Below are positions 9,379-17,700 of a DNA stretch of 58,829 nt, piece by piece; position 1 is the stretch's first letter; every line of letters begins with the position of its first letter. A program made the translations under genes and the position numbers. Origin of the DNA: Candidatus Kapaibacterium sp. (GTDB taxonomy: Bacteria; Bacteroidota; Ignavibacteria; Kapaibacteriales; UBA4661); the NCBI GenBank assembly GCA_025055035.1, contig JANWZB010000004.1:1-58829 (forward strand). The letters run 5' to 3'. The notes beneath the pieces are model-generated. The model searched no databases, had not been told where the DNA came from, and worked only from the letters and a program-made list of their open reading frames with translations.

Positions 9379-10530
9379 ATGCATCGCATCATTATACAAC
9401 GCACCCGTAGTCGTGGTATTCTACACTATCACACTATGTACCTCATCAGCATAACATTTGCTGTATGTGGTACAATGCACAGTACTGCACAAATAGCCAT
9501 TCCCTTGCCACCCCTGCCGGGTATGCAGATGAAATCAAAATCTGCTGCTGAGCTTCTTCAAGAAGAAGCAGAGAACTCACCTGCCAATAGCACTACTGCT
9601 CTCAATGACTTTTTACAATACTCCTCGCGCGGATGGTTTGCATGTCCTTTACCCGGCGTAAGCCTCTATGCAGTTAGCTCCGCAGCATTTCTTATCAACG
9701 ATGCTCATAACGTCACCTTTCCTGCTCTACCTCGTATAAACGGTCGCTTTTCAGCACAAAATCCCTACCCTGATAACGAATACCGTCGCCCTCTCCCGCC
9801 ACTGACGCATGGTAGCATAGATACAGTACGACGAGGTGAGTACTACGACTCCGAGTATGACGATATCATGCTATTATGCGAACTTGAGCTTCCACTACCA
9901 TTAATACTTCGCACAGGCATTGGCTATGCCTATCAGCGAGCTGTTCTCTTTGCCCAAGATCGTACATTCTATGGTCTTGCACCCGATCACTCAGGACGGC
10001 TGATTCCACTACGCGAGTATCACACGCTCGACATGCAAGAACATTACTTGCAAGGTATTCTAGGGTTCAAGATTCCATTCTATGGTGCATTCGCAGACCT
10101 TCTCGACCAACGCATTGGCTCGTACTACTATGTGTATTTCGGTGCTCATGCACAGTACAACGTCTTCAACCGTGCTGTACACCACGCACAACTTATCCAG
10201 CCCGGCATAGAATTCCGCTACGGAACACGCACAATCAACGTGGGCACTACAGGGCAAACTAAGCGCATAACCAATGGCACAGATACGCTGCAGCTATGGA
10301 ATGCACCAATGCCGTCTCTTCTACAATGGCGTCTGCAGCCCGAAGTAGCATTGGGATGGGGCTTGAATACCGATATCAGCATTCTTGAAGCAGAGTTTGG
10401 TGTAGCACTGCTCACTGAGATATTCGGCATCATTCCTGTCTATACTGTTACTAGCGACACCGAATGGCGGCAATATGTACTTGGCTTACGTATTGCTGTT
10501 GGCTGGCATCACGCGTTCCGGCAACGGTAG
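9379..10530 (+). CDS. hypothetical secreted/outer-membrane (beta-rich) protein
   Basis: ORF 9061..10530 trimmed to the first ATG after the upstream stop. Signal-like MYLISITFAVCGTMHSTAQ, with an alternative start at 9436. Aromatic-rich alternating segments. No family recognised. Confidence 0.55.
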   Translation: MHRIIIQRTRSRGILHYHTMYLISITFAVCGTMHSTAQIAIPLPPLPGMQMKSKSAAELLQEEAENSPANSTTALNDFLQYSSRGWFACPLPGVSLYAVSSAAFLINDAHNVTFPALPRINGRFSAQNPYPDNEYRRPLPPLTHGSIDTVRRGEYYDSEYDDIMLLCELELPLPLILRTGIGYAYQRAVLFAQDRTFYGLAPDHSGRLIPLREYHTLDMQEHYLQGILGFKIPFYGAFADLLDQRIGSYYYVYFGAHAQYNVFNRAVHHAQLIQPGIEFRYGTRTINVGTTGQTKRITNGTDTLQLWNAPMPSLLQWRLQPEVALGWGLNTDISILEAEFGVALLTEIFGIIPVYTVTSDTEWRQYVLGLRIAVGWHHAFRQR

Positions 10531-10628
10531 CACAAACAACACAACACCACTACACCTTGTCCCAATTGACAAAAGCTTGTAATTTAGTACGCTATTGCAG
10601 CGTACAACAACATCATTCTGCCTTGACT

Positions 10629-12005
10629 ATGCACACTACTCAGACAACTGCATCTCCACAATATCATTCCTCTTCATCTCAGCCTTCGCGTTCTATCAAC
10701 ACTGTCGCTGTCATCACACTGGGCTGCAGCAAAAATACAACAGATTCAGAAGTTCTGATGGGCATGATACAAGCTCACGGTATGAGTTTTGCCCCTGCAC
10801 GTGAAGCTGATGCTGTCATTATCAACACATGCGGGTTTATCGACCGAGCAAAAGAAGAAAGCATCGAAACAATTTTTGAGGCAATCCGCCAGAAAGAGGA
10901 GCTTGCTACTGAAGGTAAGAGCCAAACTCTTATTGTCGCTGGCTGCTTGTCGCAACGATATGGCGACGAACTGCGCAAGGAAATGCCGCAAGTAGATCAT
11001 TTCTTTGGAGAATCAGCATTCGAGCATATTGTCAAGGCTCTCACACCGAATTTTAAATATTCTCTTCTTGGCGAACGTGTGCTCACTACAGCCCCACACT
11101 ATGCCTATCTGAAAATTTCTGAAGGCTGCGATAATCCTTGCTCATTTTGCGCCATTCCACTCATTCGCGGTCGGCATCGCTCTCGCCCACCAGAACAGCT
11201 TGTAGAAGAAGCACAATTTCTCGTGGCAAGAGGTGTGAAAGAAATCATTCTCATTGCTCAGGATTCCACCGATTACGGACGCGACCTCACCGGTAAGCGC
11301 ACCCTTGCCGACTTATTGCAGCGCCTTTCCGATATTGATGGCATACAGTGGCTGCGGCTTATGTACGCTTTTCCGTCGAAGTTTCCACAAGATATTTTGC
11401 CTGTCATCGCAGAACGCCCCAATATTTGCAAGTACCTGGATATACCACTACAACACGCTTCTACACGTGTGCTCAAGTCTATGCGGCGCGGTATTACTCG
11501 CAGTACAACAGAGCGCCTTTTACAACATATCCGCGACACTGTGCCAGGAATAGCCCTGCGTACAACGTTTATTGTTGGATACCCAAGCGAAACAGAAGCA
11601 GATTTCCAAGAACTATGCGATTTCGTACGTGAACAGCAATTTGACCGTGTCGGTGTGTTCGAGTATTCACAGGAAGATGATACATATGCTTATATTCTTG
11701 GCGATCCCATTCCTGCAGATGTTAAGCGAGAACGTGCTGCCGAGCTTATGGCAATCCAGCGCACTATTTCTCTAGAAAAGAATGAGGCAAAGATTGGCTC
11801 ATGCCTCTCTGTTCTGATTGACCAAGTCCTGAGCAACGACGATGGAACGACTGAATATCAAGGTCGCTCCGAAGCCGATGCACCAGAAGTAGATAACGAA
11901 GTGTTTCTCACCTCTTCCCTGCCACTCCGCGTGGGCGAATTTGTTCAGGCAAAGATTTATGATGCTGCTGAATACGACCTCTTTGGCGAAGTACAGCTGC
12001 TGTAA
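10629..12005 (+). CDS. rimO: ribosomal protein S12 methylthiotransferase
   Basis: VAVITLGCSKNTTDSE (UPF0004), radical-SAM EGCDNPCSFCAIP, C-terminal TRAM-like region. ATG 10629 chosen; the ORF-track N-terminal extension was rejected. Confidence 0.9.
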   Translation: MHTTQTTASPQYHSSSSQPSRSINTVAVITLGCSKNTTDSEVLMGMIQAHGMSFAPAREADAVIINTCGFIDRAKEESIETIFEAIRQKEELATEGKSQTLIVAGCLSQRYGDELRKEMPQVDHFFGESAFEHIVKALTPNFKYSLLGERVLTTAPHYAYLKISEGCDNPCSFCAIPLIRGRHRSRPPEQLVEEAQFLVARGVKEIILIAQDSTDYGRDLTGKRTLADLLQRLSDIDGIQWLRLMYAFPSKFPQDILPVIAERPNICKYLDIPLQHASTRVLKSMRRGITRSTTERLLQHIRDTVPGIALRTTFIVGYPSETEADFQELCDFVREQQFDRVGVFEYSQEDDTYAYILGDPIPADVKRERAAELMAIQRTISLEKNEAKIGSCLSVLIDQVLSNDDGTTEYQGRSEADAPEVDNEVFLTSSLPLRVGEFVQAKIYDAAEYDLFGEVQLL

Positions 12006-12038
12006 GCTATCTGATACATAATATCCCCGCACCTTTAC

Positions 12039-12078
12039 ACAAACGCCACATTCATAGACTTCTGAATGCGGCGTTTGT
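12039..12078. terminator. 16-bp stem-loop between convergent rimO and the serpin gene
   Basis: acaaacgccacattca / tagacttc / tgaatgcggcgtttgt (one mismatch). No strong T-run on either side, so terminator function is uncertain. Confidence 0.5.
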
Positions 12079-12125
12079 ACTTAAGTTAAGAGGTATGAGT
12101 CGCACAGGAGCAAAGCGTTGCTCGA

Positions 12126-13391
12126 TTACGATGATGTTGGTTCGTACAATGCCCCCACAAAGAGTATCATACCGGTACTGCGCTCACGAATAAAAAAGGC
12201 AAAAGGTCGGTCAAAGCGTATGACAGGCTGTGGTGCTACAGACGTTACCCGAATACCAACTGCTGTAGCTGCTGCTGCTTCCGTTCCGCGCTCATCTACT
12301 TGAAGAAATGTCTGATGAACCACAAAGCTAATAGCAGCTTGCACGGGCGGACGATACATTGCCGAGAAGTCTGCAGCACCCGAAAATGCAAGTCCCATAC
12401 CTAGCGCGTGAAGCTCACGCCGTGTTGTTCTTGTTTCTTCGTAGCGGGTCTGTAGCGAAAACTTTGGCAGCGCTAGTAGTGTCGATGTTGTTGTCATACT
12501 TTGTATTGCTTGGTTAAGGCTTGCTGGACTCAGCTGAGCAATCACACGGCTTAAGCGTTCGCCTTCATGTGGCAGAAGAAGTGTCATAGCAAACTGCCCA
12601 CCGCTGTAAGGCAACTCCACAAGACGTGCTTGCCCAAGACTCGCCACGCGTACATCTATCGGTTTCGAGAGATTCATCATCGCACACACAAGCGATGAGC
12701 CGTCTTCACGGCGAAATGGTTCATTCTGTGTGTCCTCCTGACGGAACTGCGTTTTCCAGACTGCATTGAAGTACACAGCATTTACAAGACACATAAGATC
12801 GTCGGCTGTAAAATTGCGCTGAATCAAATTCTTAATACGATTATTAGTTTGCTGCTCCACCCAACGGTTAATATCACCCTTGACATCAGCACTACCGAAT
12901 GCCATTCCGCGCAGTTCTGCACCGAATGACTGCCGTACAGCCGACAAAAATGCCTGCTCGACAGTAAAACGCTGATTATACCAAATCCCATTGGCAATCC
13001 GTATTTCAACGCTTTTGTCTAACCCCAAAAGATACTCCCTGAGTGTGCGCGAAGCTTCGTTGATATCATTGATAGGAATCCCGCTGAGCTGAAGCGCTCG
13101 CATAATGGAATCACGCGTAGCTCCAGCTGCACCATTGGCAGTCATGGTAAGAGCTTGCATGTAGCTCAGAGGTGAAAGAAAGATGTTCTTGCTTCCCTCA
13201 ATGCGACTCGTTTCTTGAAATAGCCGCACAGCAAATGTATTATTCGCTACGGCAACCTTGTGCTCACGCTCTGTAAGCGCACGCACCTGTCCTGATGATG
13301 GGTCTATTGGTGGCGTCGTACACGCTATTGCATAGCCGCTGATGGCAACAATCCACCAGATACCTAGATTGCGAGAAACGTTCATATGCAC
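12126..13391 (-). CDS. serpin-family protease inhibitor, lipoprotein-type signal
   Basis: N-terminus IWWIVAISGYAIAC. Hinge/RCL ERGTEAAAATAVGIRVTSVAPQ followed by FDRPFAFFIRE...ILFVGALYEP. Shutter and breach regions are recognisable along the whole length. Confidence 0.9.
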   Translation of the reverse strand: MHMNVSRNLGIWWIVAISGYAIACTTPPIDPSSGQVRALTEREHKVAVANNTFAVRLFQETSRIEGSKNIFLSPLSYMQALTMTANGAAGATRDSIMRALQLSGIPINDINEASRTLREYLLGLDKSVEIRIANGIWYNQRFTVEQAFLSAVRQSFGAELRGMAFGSADVKGDINRWVEQQTNNRIKNLIQRNFTADDLMCLVNAVYFNAVWKTQFRQEDTQNEPFRREDGSSLVCAMMNLSKPIDVRVASLGQARLVELPYSGGQFAMTLLLPHEGERLSRVIAQLSPASLNQAIQSMTTTSTLLALPKFSLQTRYEETRTTRRELHALGMGLAFSGAADFSAMYRPPVQAAISFVVHQTFLQVDERGTEAAAATAVGIRVTSVAPQPVIRFDRPFAFFIRERSTGMILFVGALYEPTSS

Positions 13392-13433
13392 ATCCTTTTG
13401 AACAATGAAACATATGCACTTGCGGTTATGTAC

Positions 13434-14810
13434 TCAAAACTTTATTCCCACACCCAGACTCAGACCTAGGCGTGGGACTACATTCCATACACCAAGTACA
13501 GAGCTTGCTACTACTGCGGCTTCTCCCGCCACGATGACCGAATACTGCTCTCTTGCTAAGAACCGTGCACCCAGCATTGTTCTGCCCACAGCGCCAAGCT
13601 CTCCTCCACCTATTGTCAGACGAAGAAGTGGTCGCACTCCTCCCAGCATATCAATTTCATCGGCACCATACTGATACACTATACCAGCCCACACGCGATT
13701 ACTCGCAACACGCCTTACTGGAGCGTCCTGTGTCTCGCGCAATACTGATGAATTGCTCGATACAGAAGAACCCTGAACCATTGACGCACTGCTGCTAGAT
13801 GGTACAGCCGCCGCCCGCATAGTATTTGGCTCGGCATCAGAAGGAATAGAATGAGAATTCAGATTTTGAATCTGCGCTATCAAGAAGGGGTCTGTACCAC
13901 CCTCTATACCGATACCGTGATGCTGATCTAGCGCATAGTACAGACCGACCACAAGGTTATACGGTGAAGTTGCAGTATAGCCTCCATCTGGACTATCGAG
14001 AACACGCAAGTCAGTGCGAGCAGCTATACGTGCTTCTGCAGAAAGATGCTGCCACACGCTCCAGTTGTTAGATGGTTCTTCAGAGGCCTGCTTTCTACTA
14101 ATTGCTGTATACACATCTGCGGTACTTTCATGATAACGAGATTTTATATCATCACGAATAGCATTTTGCCGCATCACACTGTGCTTGCCATATTCATCAT
14201 ACTGTGCTTGTAGTGTAGTTTTGCCTTCGTTCTCTCGAGCAACAGTATTTTTCACGGTGTGCTCTGTTTGAGCACTATGGGGCGATACATCCGAGTCGGC
14301 AGAAATAAAAGTATTCCACAGGGGATGCTCTACACGCACCTGCTGGATATGAGCATCATGCGCTACGCTTCTTTTCTGCGGCACACTATATTCCAGTATT
14401 TGTGTACGAGCGATTCTACTATTGCTATAATGCGTTCGTTGCTCCTGTTCCTCTGCAAGAAAACGCGGCAACGCTTGCTCACCAAGCATTATAGGGAAAG
14501 TAGCAAGGATACCGATAATCCCACTGGCTAACACAGCAGCATGATAGCTCACCGAAAGATGTGGTAATGACCATGACCACACACGATAATTTTTGAAGAT
14601 AGCAGCGCTATGTGCTCCAGCGCTTGCTGCAGTGTATAGTGAGATTTTTGAAAATGCCCAAAGCTGCTCTAGCAGTGCTCGTATGAACGATAGCTGTTCT
14701 TGCCGAGCAATAGTAGAAATATACGCTGCGCTTTCTTCAAATGATACAACAGGTGCTTCATCGCGCGCTGCTCGGAAGAGTTCATCGAGAGTTGGTCGTT
14801 GCTTATGCAT
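13434..14810 (-). CDS. membrane protein in the anti-sigma position (no zf-HC2 motif); beta-rich C-terminus
   Basis: ATG lies 11 nt after the ECF sigma stop. Hydrophobic segment HAAVLASGIIGILATFPIMLG. Ser-rich linker. C-terminus ...VVPRLGLSLGVGIKF ends in Phe like an OM barrel. Confidence 0.55.
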   Translation of the reverse strand: MHKQRPTLDELFRAARDEAPVVSFEESAAYISTIARQEQLSFIRALLEQLWAFSKISLYTAASAGAHSAAIFKNYRVWSWSLPHLSVSYHAAVLASGIIGILATFPIMLGEQALPRFLAEEQEQRTHYSNSRIARTQILEYSVPQKRSVAHDAHIQQVRVEHPLWNTFISADSDVSPHSAQTEHTVKNTVARENEGKTTLQAQYDEYGKHSVMRQNAIRDDIKSRYHESTADVYTAISRKQASEEPSNNWSVWQHLSAEARIAARTDLRVLDSPDGGYTATSPYNLVVGLYYALDQHHGIGIEGGTDPFLIAQIQNLNSHSIPSDAEPNTMRAAAVPSSSSASMVQGSSVSSNSSVLRETQDAPVRRVASNRVWAGIVYQYGADEIDMLGGVRPLLRLTIGGGELGAVGRTMLGARFLAREQYSVIVAGEAAVVASSVLGVWNVVPRLGLSLGVGIKF

Positions 14811-14821
14811 AGTTTGTGTTC

Positions 14822-15508
14822 CTACGCTGAATATTTCTTGAGCACAGAAACAGTCCGGTGCTCCGATACTTGCGTTAGATGATGAATTGTTGCGCGGTGC
14901 TCTGAATCCAGAGATTCAGCTATCATAGCCCGCAGAGCCTCACGGGCGCGAACAAGACGCATTTTTACCGCAGAAAGTGAACCACCTTGAATTTCTTGAA
15001 TTTCGCGTATCGAAAATCCCGAAATTTCGAACAACGTCAATGCCTCTCGGTGCTTATGCGGTAGGCGTTGCAAAGCATCGTACAGTACTTGCGTATCATA
15101 CAATGTATCAGCATTAGAGGCAGCAGACTGCTCAAGAACTACTTTCTGGTGCTGCATGAGCGGATTCAAACGCTCAAATATACGCTCTCGCCAGCGACGG
15201 CGCTTTGCTAAGCGGCTAGCTATCGTTAACAGCCAACATACAAATGCTGCTTCGTTGCGCAAGGTATGAAAATGCTTGAAAGCTTGCTCAAGAGTATCAC
15301 TCACTAAATCTCGCGCATCGTCTGCCGTTCGTGTCATAGCCCGTGCAAACCGTGCAAGCTTGTCATGATGCGGCTTCAGCAACGCAAGAAAACGCTCTTG
15401 CTTGCTTTGAATCTCCGTCATCTCGTTGCAAAGCGGTATTACAGCATTTGATTCCACCATATTATCCAACACAAAAATTACGCGCTCTTCGAGAGTAAAG
15501 AGGCACAC
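14822..15508 (-). CDS. ECF-type RNA polymerase sigma-70 factor
   Basis: Region 2 DARDLVSDTLEQAFKHF. Region 4 REALTLFEISGFSIREIQEIQGGSLSAVKMRLVRAREAL. The true start is probably an internal ATG at 15460 or 15421. Confidence 0.88.
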   Translation of the reverse strand: MCLFTLEERVIFVLDNMVESNAVIPLCNEMTEIQSKQERFLALLKPHHDKLARFARAMTRTADDARDLVSDTLEQAFKHFHTLRNEAAFVCWLLTIASRLAKRRRWRERIFERLNPLMQHQKVVLEQSAASNADTLYDTQVLYDALQRLPHKHREALTLFEISGFSIREIQEIQGGSLSAVKMRLVRAREALRAMIAESLDSEHRATIHHLTQVSEHRTVSVLKKYSA

Positions 15509-15546
15509 AGTACCAAAAAGTCACATATCTTCCACTCACACCTCCA

Positions 15547-15747
15547 TCAGCAAGTTCTCAGCAGTAGGTTTTCCGACAGAGTGTTCCTTGCTAATATAAG
15601 GTCTAGTATAGAGGCATTCTCCAGTTTGCGTACTTGCGCAGATACGCTCTCCTTAGTAAGTTTAATGAGTTGCAAATGCACTTCTATGCTATTTTTATCC
15701 CTATACCCTAAGGATGAAACAGCGCTGTAGCGCTGTACCATATCCAT
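15547..15747 (-). pseudogene. possible relic of a LysR-type HTH N-terminus (66 aa only)
   Basis: KLTKESVSAQVRKLENASILDLILARNTLSENLLL resembles the LysR wHTH consensus (SQxAVSxQIxxLExxLGxxLFxR...LTxxG). There is no co-inducer domain downstream. Confidence 0.3.
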
Positions 15748-15785
15748 ATCTAGACCCCTATACTCACTGGGAAGGATTATCCACT

Positions 15786-16604
15786 ATGCACTTTTGGCAA
15801 AAATACTATAGCGGTCGCTCAAACAAAAACTCTGCACTATGTATTGGCTTGGATGTTTCGCTTGAATATATTCCGCAGCATTTGCTCAGCATGGGTACTA
15901 CTAGAGCAATCACAGAATTTAATCGCCGTATTATTGATGCCACACGCGACTACGCTATCGCCTATAAAATCAACCTCGCGTTTTATGAGCAGTATGGAAT
16001 TGAAGGCTGGCACGCTTTCGAGCAAACACGAGCAGCTATTCCCTCTGATTGCATCGTTATTGCTGATGCTAAACGCGCTGATATCGGCAATACCTCGAAA
16101 GCATATGCTACAGCATTCTTCGAACACTACACTTGTGACGCACTAACAGTTGCCCCGTATATGGGGCGAGATTCTATTGAACCGTTCTTGTCGTATGAAG
16201 GGCGCATGACGTTTGTACTGGCACTTACCTCTAATCCGGGCTCACAGGATTTCCAGCGGCTAGTTGTTGGCACAACACCACTCTACCGCGCTGTAATGGA
16301 CTCTACTCTCACCTGGGTGCATACATCACAAAGGCAGAATCTCGGATTTGTTGTTGGAGCAACACATCCTGAAGAACTTGCAGAACTGCGGACATACTAC
16401 CCTCACACGATGTTTCTCATTCCCGGCATTGGTGCACAAGGCGGGCAGCTCCAAACAGCGCTGCAAGCAAATGCCAACGCACCAGCGCTCTTCACTATCT
16501 CACGAGCGATACTCTATGCCTCATCTTCCGATGATTTTGATGATGCAGCACGCCGTGCTACACTCGCATTTGTAGAAAATATGCGGAATGTGCATATTGC
16601 ATAG
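15786..16604 (+). CDS. pyrF: orotidine-5'-phosphate decarboxylase (type 2)
   Basis: ALCIGLDVSLEYIP, AYKINLAFYEQYG, IADAKRADIGNTS, ALTVAPYMGRDS. ATG 15786 chosen. Confidence 0.88.
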   Translation: MHFWQKYYSGRSNKNSALCIGLDVSLEYIPQHLLSMGTTRAITEFNRRIIDATRDYAIAYKINLAFYEQYGIEGWHAFEQTRAAIPSDCIVIADAKRADIGNTSKAYATAFFEHYTCDALTVAPYMGRDSIEPFLSYEGRMTFVLALTSNPGSQDFQRLVVGTTPLYRAVMDSTLTWVHTSQRQNLGFVVGATHPEELAELRTYYPHTMFLIPGIGAQGGQLQTALQANANAPALFTISRAILYASSSDDFDDAARRATLAFVENMRNVHIA

Positions 16605-16752
16605 CGCTTGGTTGTATGCTAGAGATTGTGCTATAATTGTAGCACCGCAAGCATGTCCCTCTCTTTCCCCATAATCCTTTACTTACAACATAGCGCCTGG
16701 CTATATGCTGTAGTGCTCATCTTGTTGGTAGTTTGTTTCACACATTGACTTT

Positions 16753-17679
16753 GTGAGAATTATGTCGCAACTTGCACGGTTTCTCGACACACTGCATCAT
16801 GACACACGCCTTGCTACATACAGCCTATTACAGCTCAAGCAGGCTGTCATCTTGAAGATACTGTACTTGCTAGGCTGGGACTCCTTCGACCTGAGTAAGG
16901 TGCAAGCAGACCACAGTGCCGGCGGTATGACTATTGACTATGCACTGCAAACGCCTTCAGGAGCAATGATGTACCTGCACATCATTAAGCCGCTCGATGA
17001 TTCTACCCGTGAGCAAAAAGACCGTGTTGTTAAGCTTGCAGCAGCCGAAGGCGTTCGCATTGCTGTACTTACCGACGGTGTGCACTGGGAGTTTTTTGCA
17101 CCAATGATGCGCGGTACACTCAACGAAAAAGAGTTTGCAAAGTTTTCCTTACACGCGAACGCAACTCAGGAATGTGAGCACATATTTAAGCACTTTTTAT
17201 CGTATCGTATTGCCGTTTCGGGGACAGCTTTTGTAAGAGCAGAAAAGCTCTGCCAAGAGCGTCTTAAAAAGAAGAGCACTAACATGAACTCAGCGCTCTC
17301 CGACGCATGGGCAGCCGTCATTCAGGAATTCGAGCATCTCTTTGCAGAACTTATCGCCGTCGAGGCTAAGCGTCTTTATAACACCGAACTCAGCACCCAA
17401 GAGGCACAACGATTCTTCTCACGGTTTATCACCCTAACAACCGGCGAGCTATCACAAGCAAGGCGTATGAAGTATGACTCAAATGATATTCTTGCAGCAG
17501 AAGCATGGTCATCACTCTTCACTCAGCTGGAGCTGCTGTTTGTTGAGCTTATAGCACTGGATATCGAAAAGCGCCAAGAGTTTATCCCTGAGAAAGAACA
17601 TATCAGCGCGTTTTTGCACACACTGGGCAATCTTCACGACCAAGTTCTAAACAACAGCAAAAAGCTCAAAACTGCATAG
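16753..17679 (+). CDS. hypothetical protein: HsdR_N / PD-(D/E)XK-like N-terminal domain plus an internally duplicated helical C-terminus
   Basis: N-terminus KQAVILKILYLLGWD...IDYAL...LHIIKPL...VLTDGVHWEFF follows the type I restriction HsdR N-terminal-like pattern (D..., ExK-like, LTNGxxW). The C-terminus has two ~65-aa repeats: SDAWAAVIQEFEHLFAELIAVEAKR and AEAWSSLFTQLELLFVELIALDIEKR. Confidence 0.55.
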   Translation: MRIMSQLARFLDTLHHDTRLATYSLLQLKQAVILKILYLLGWDSFDLSKVQADHSAGGMTIDYALQTPSGAMMYLHIIKPLDDSTREQKDRVVKLAAAEGVRIAVLTDGVHWEFFAPMMRGTLNEKEFAKFSLHANATQECEHIFKHFLSYRIAVSGTAFVRAEKLCQERLKKKSTNMNSALSDAWAAVIQEFEHLFAELIAVEAKRLYNTELSTQEAQRFFSRFITLTTGELSQARRMKYDSNDILAAEAWSSLFTQLELLFVELIALDIEKRQEFIPEKEHISAFLHTLGNLHDQVLNNSKKLKTA

Positions 17680-17700
17680 CACGCCCTATTGTGCGTAGAG

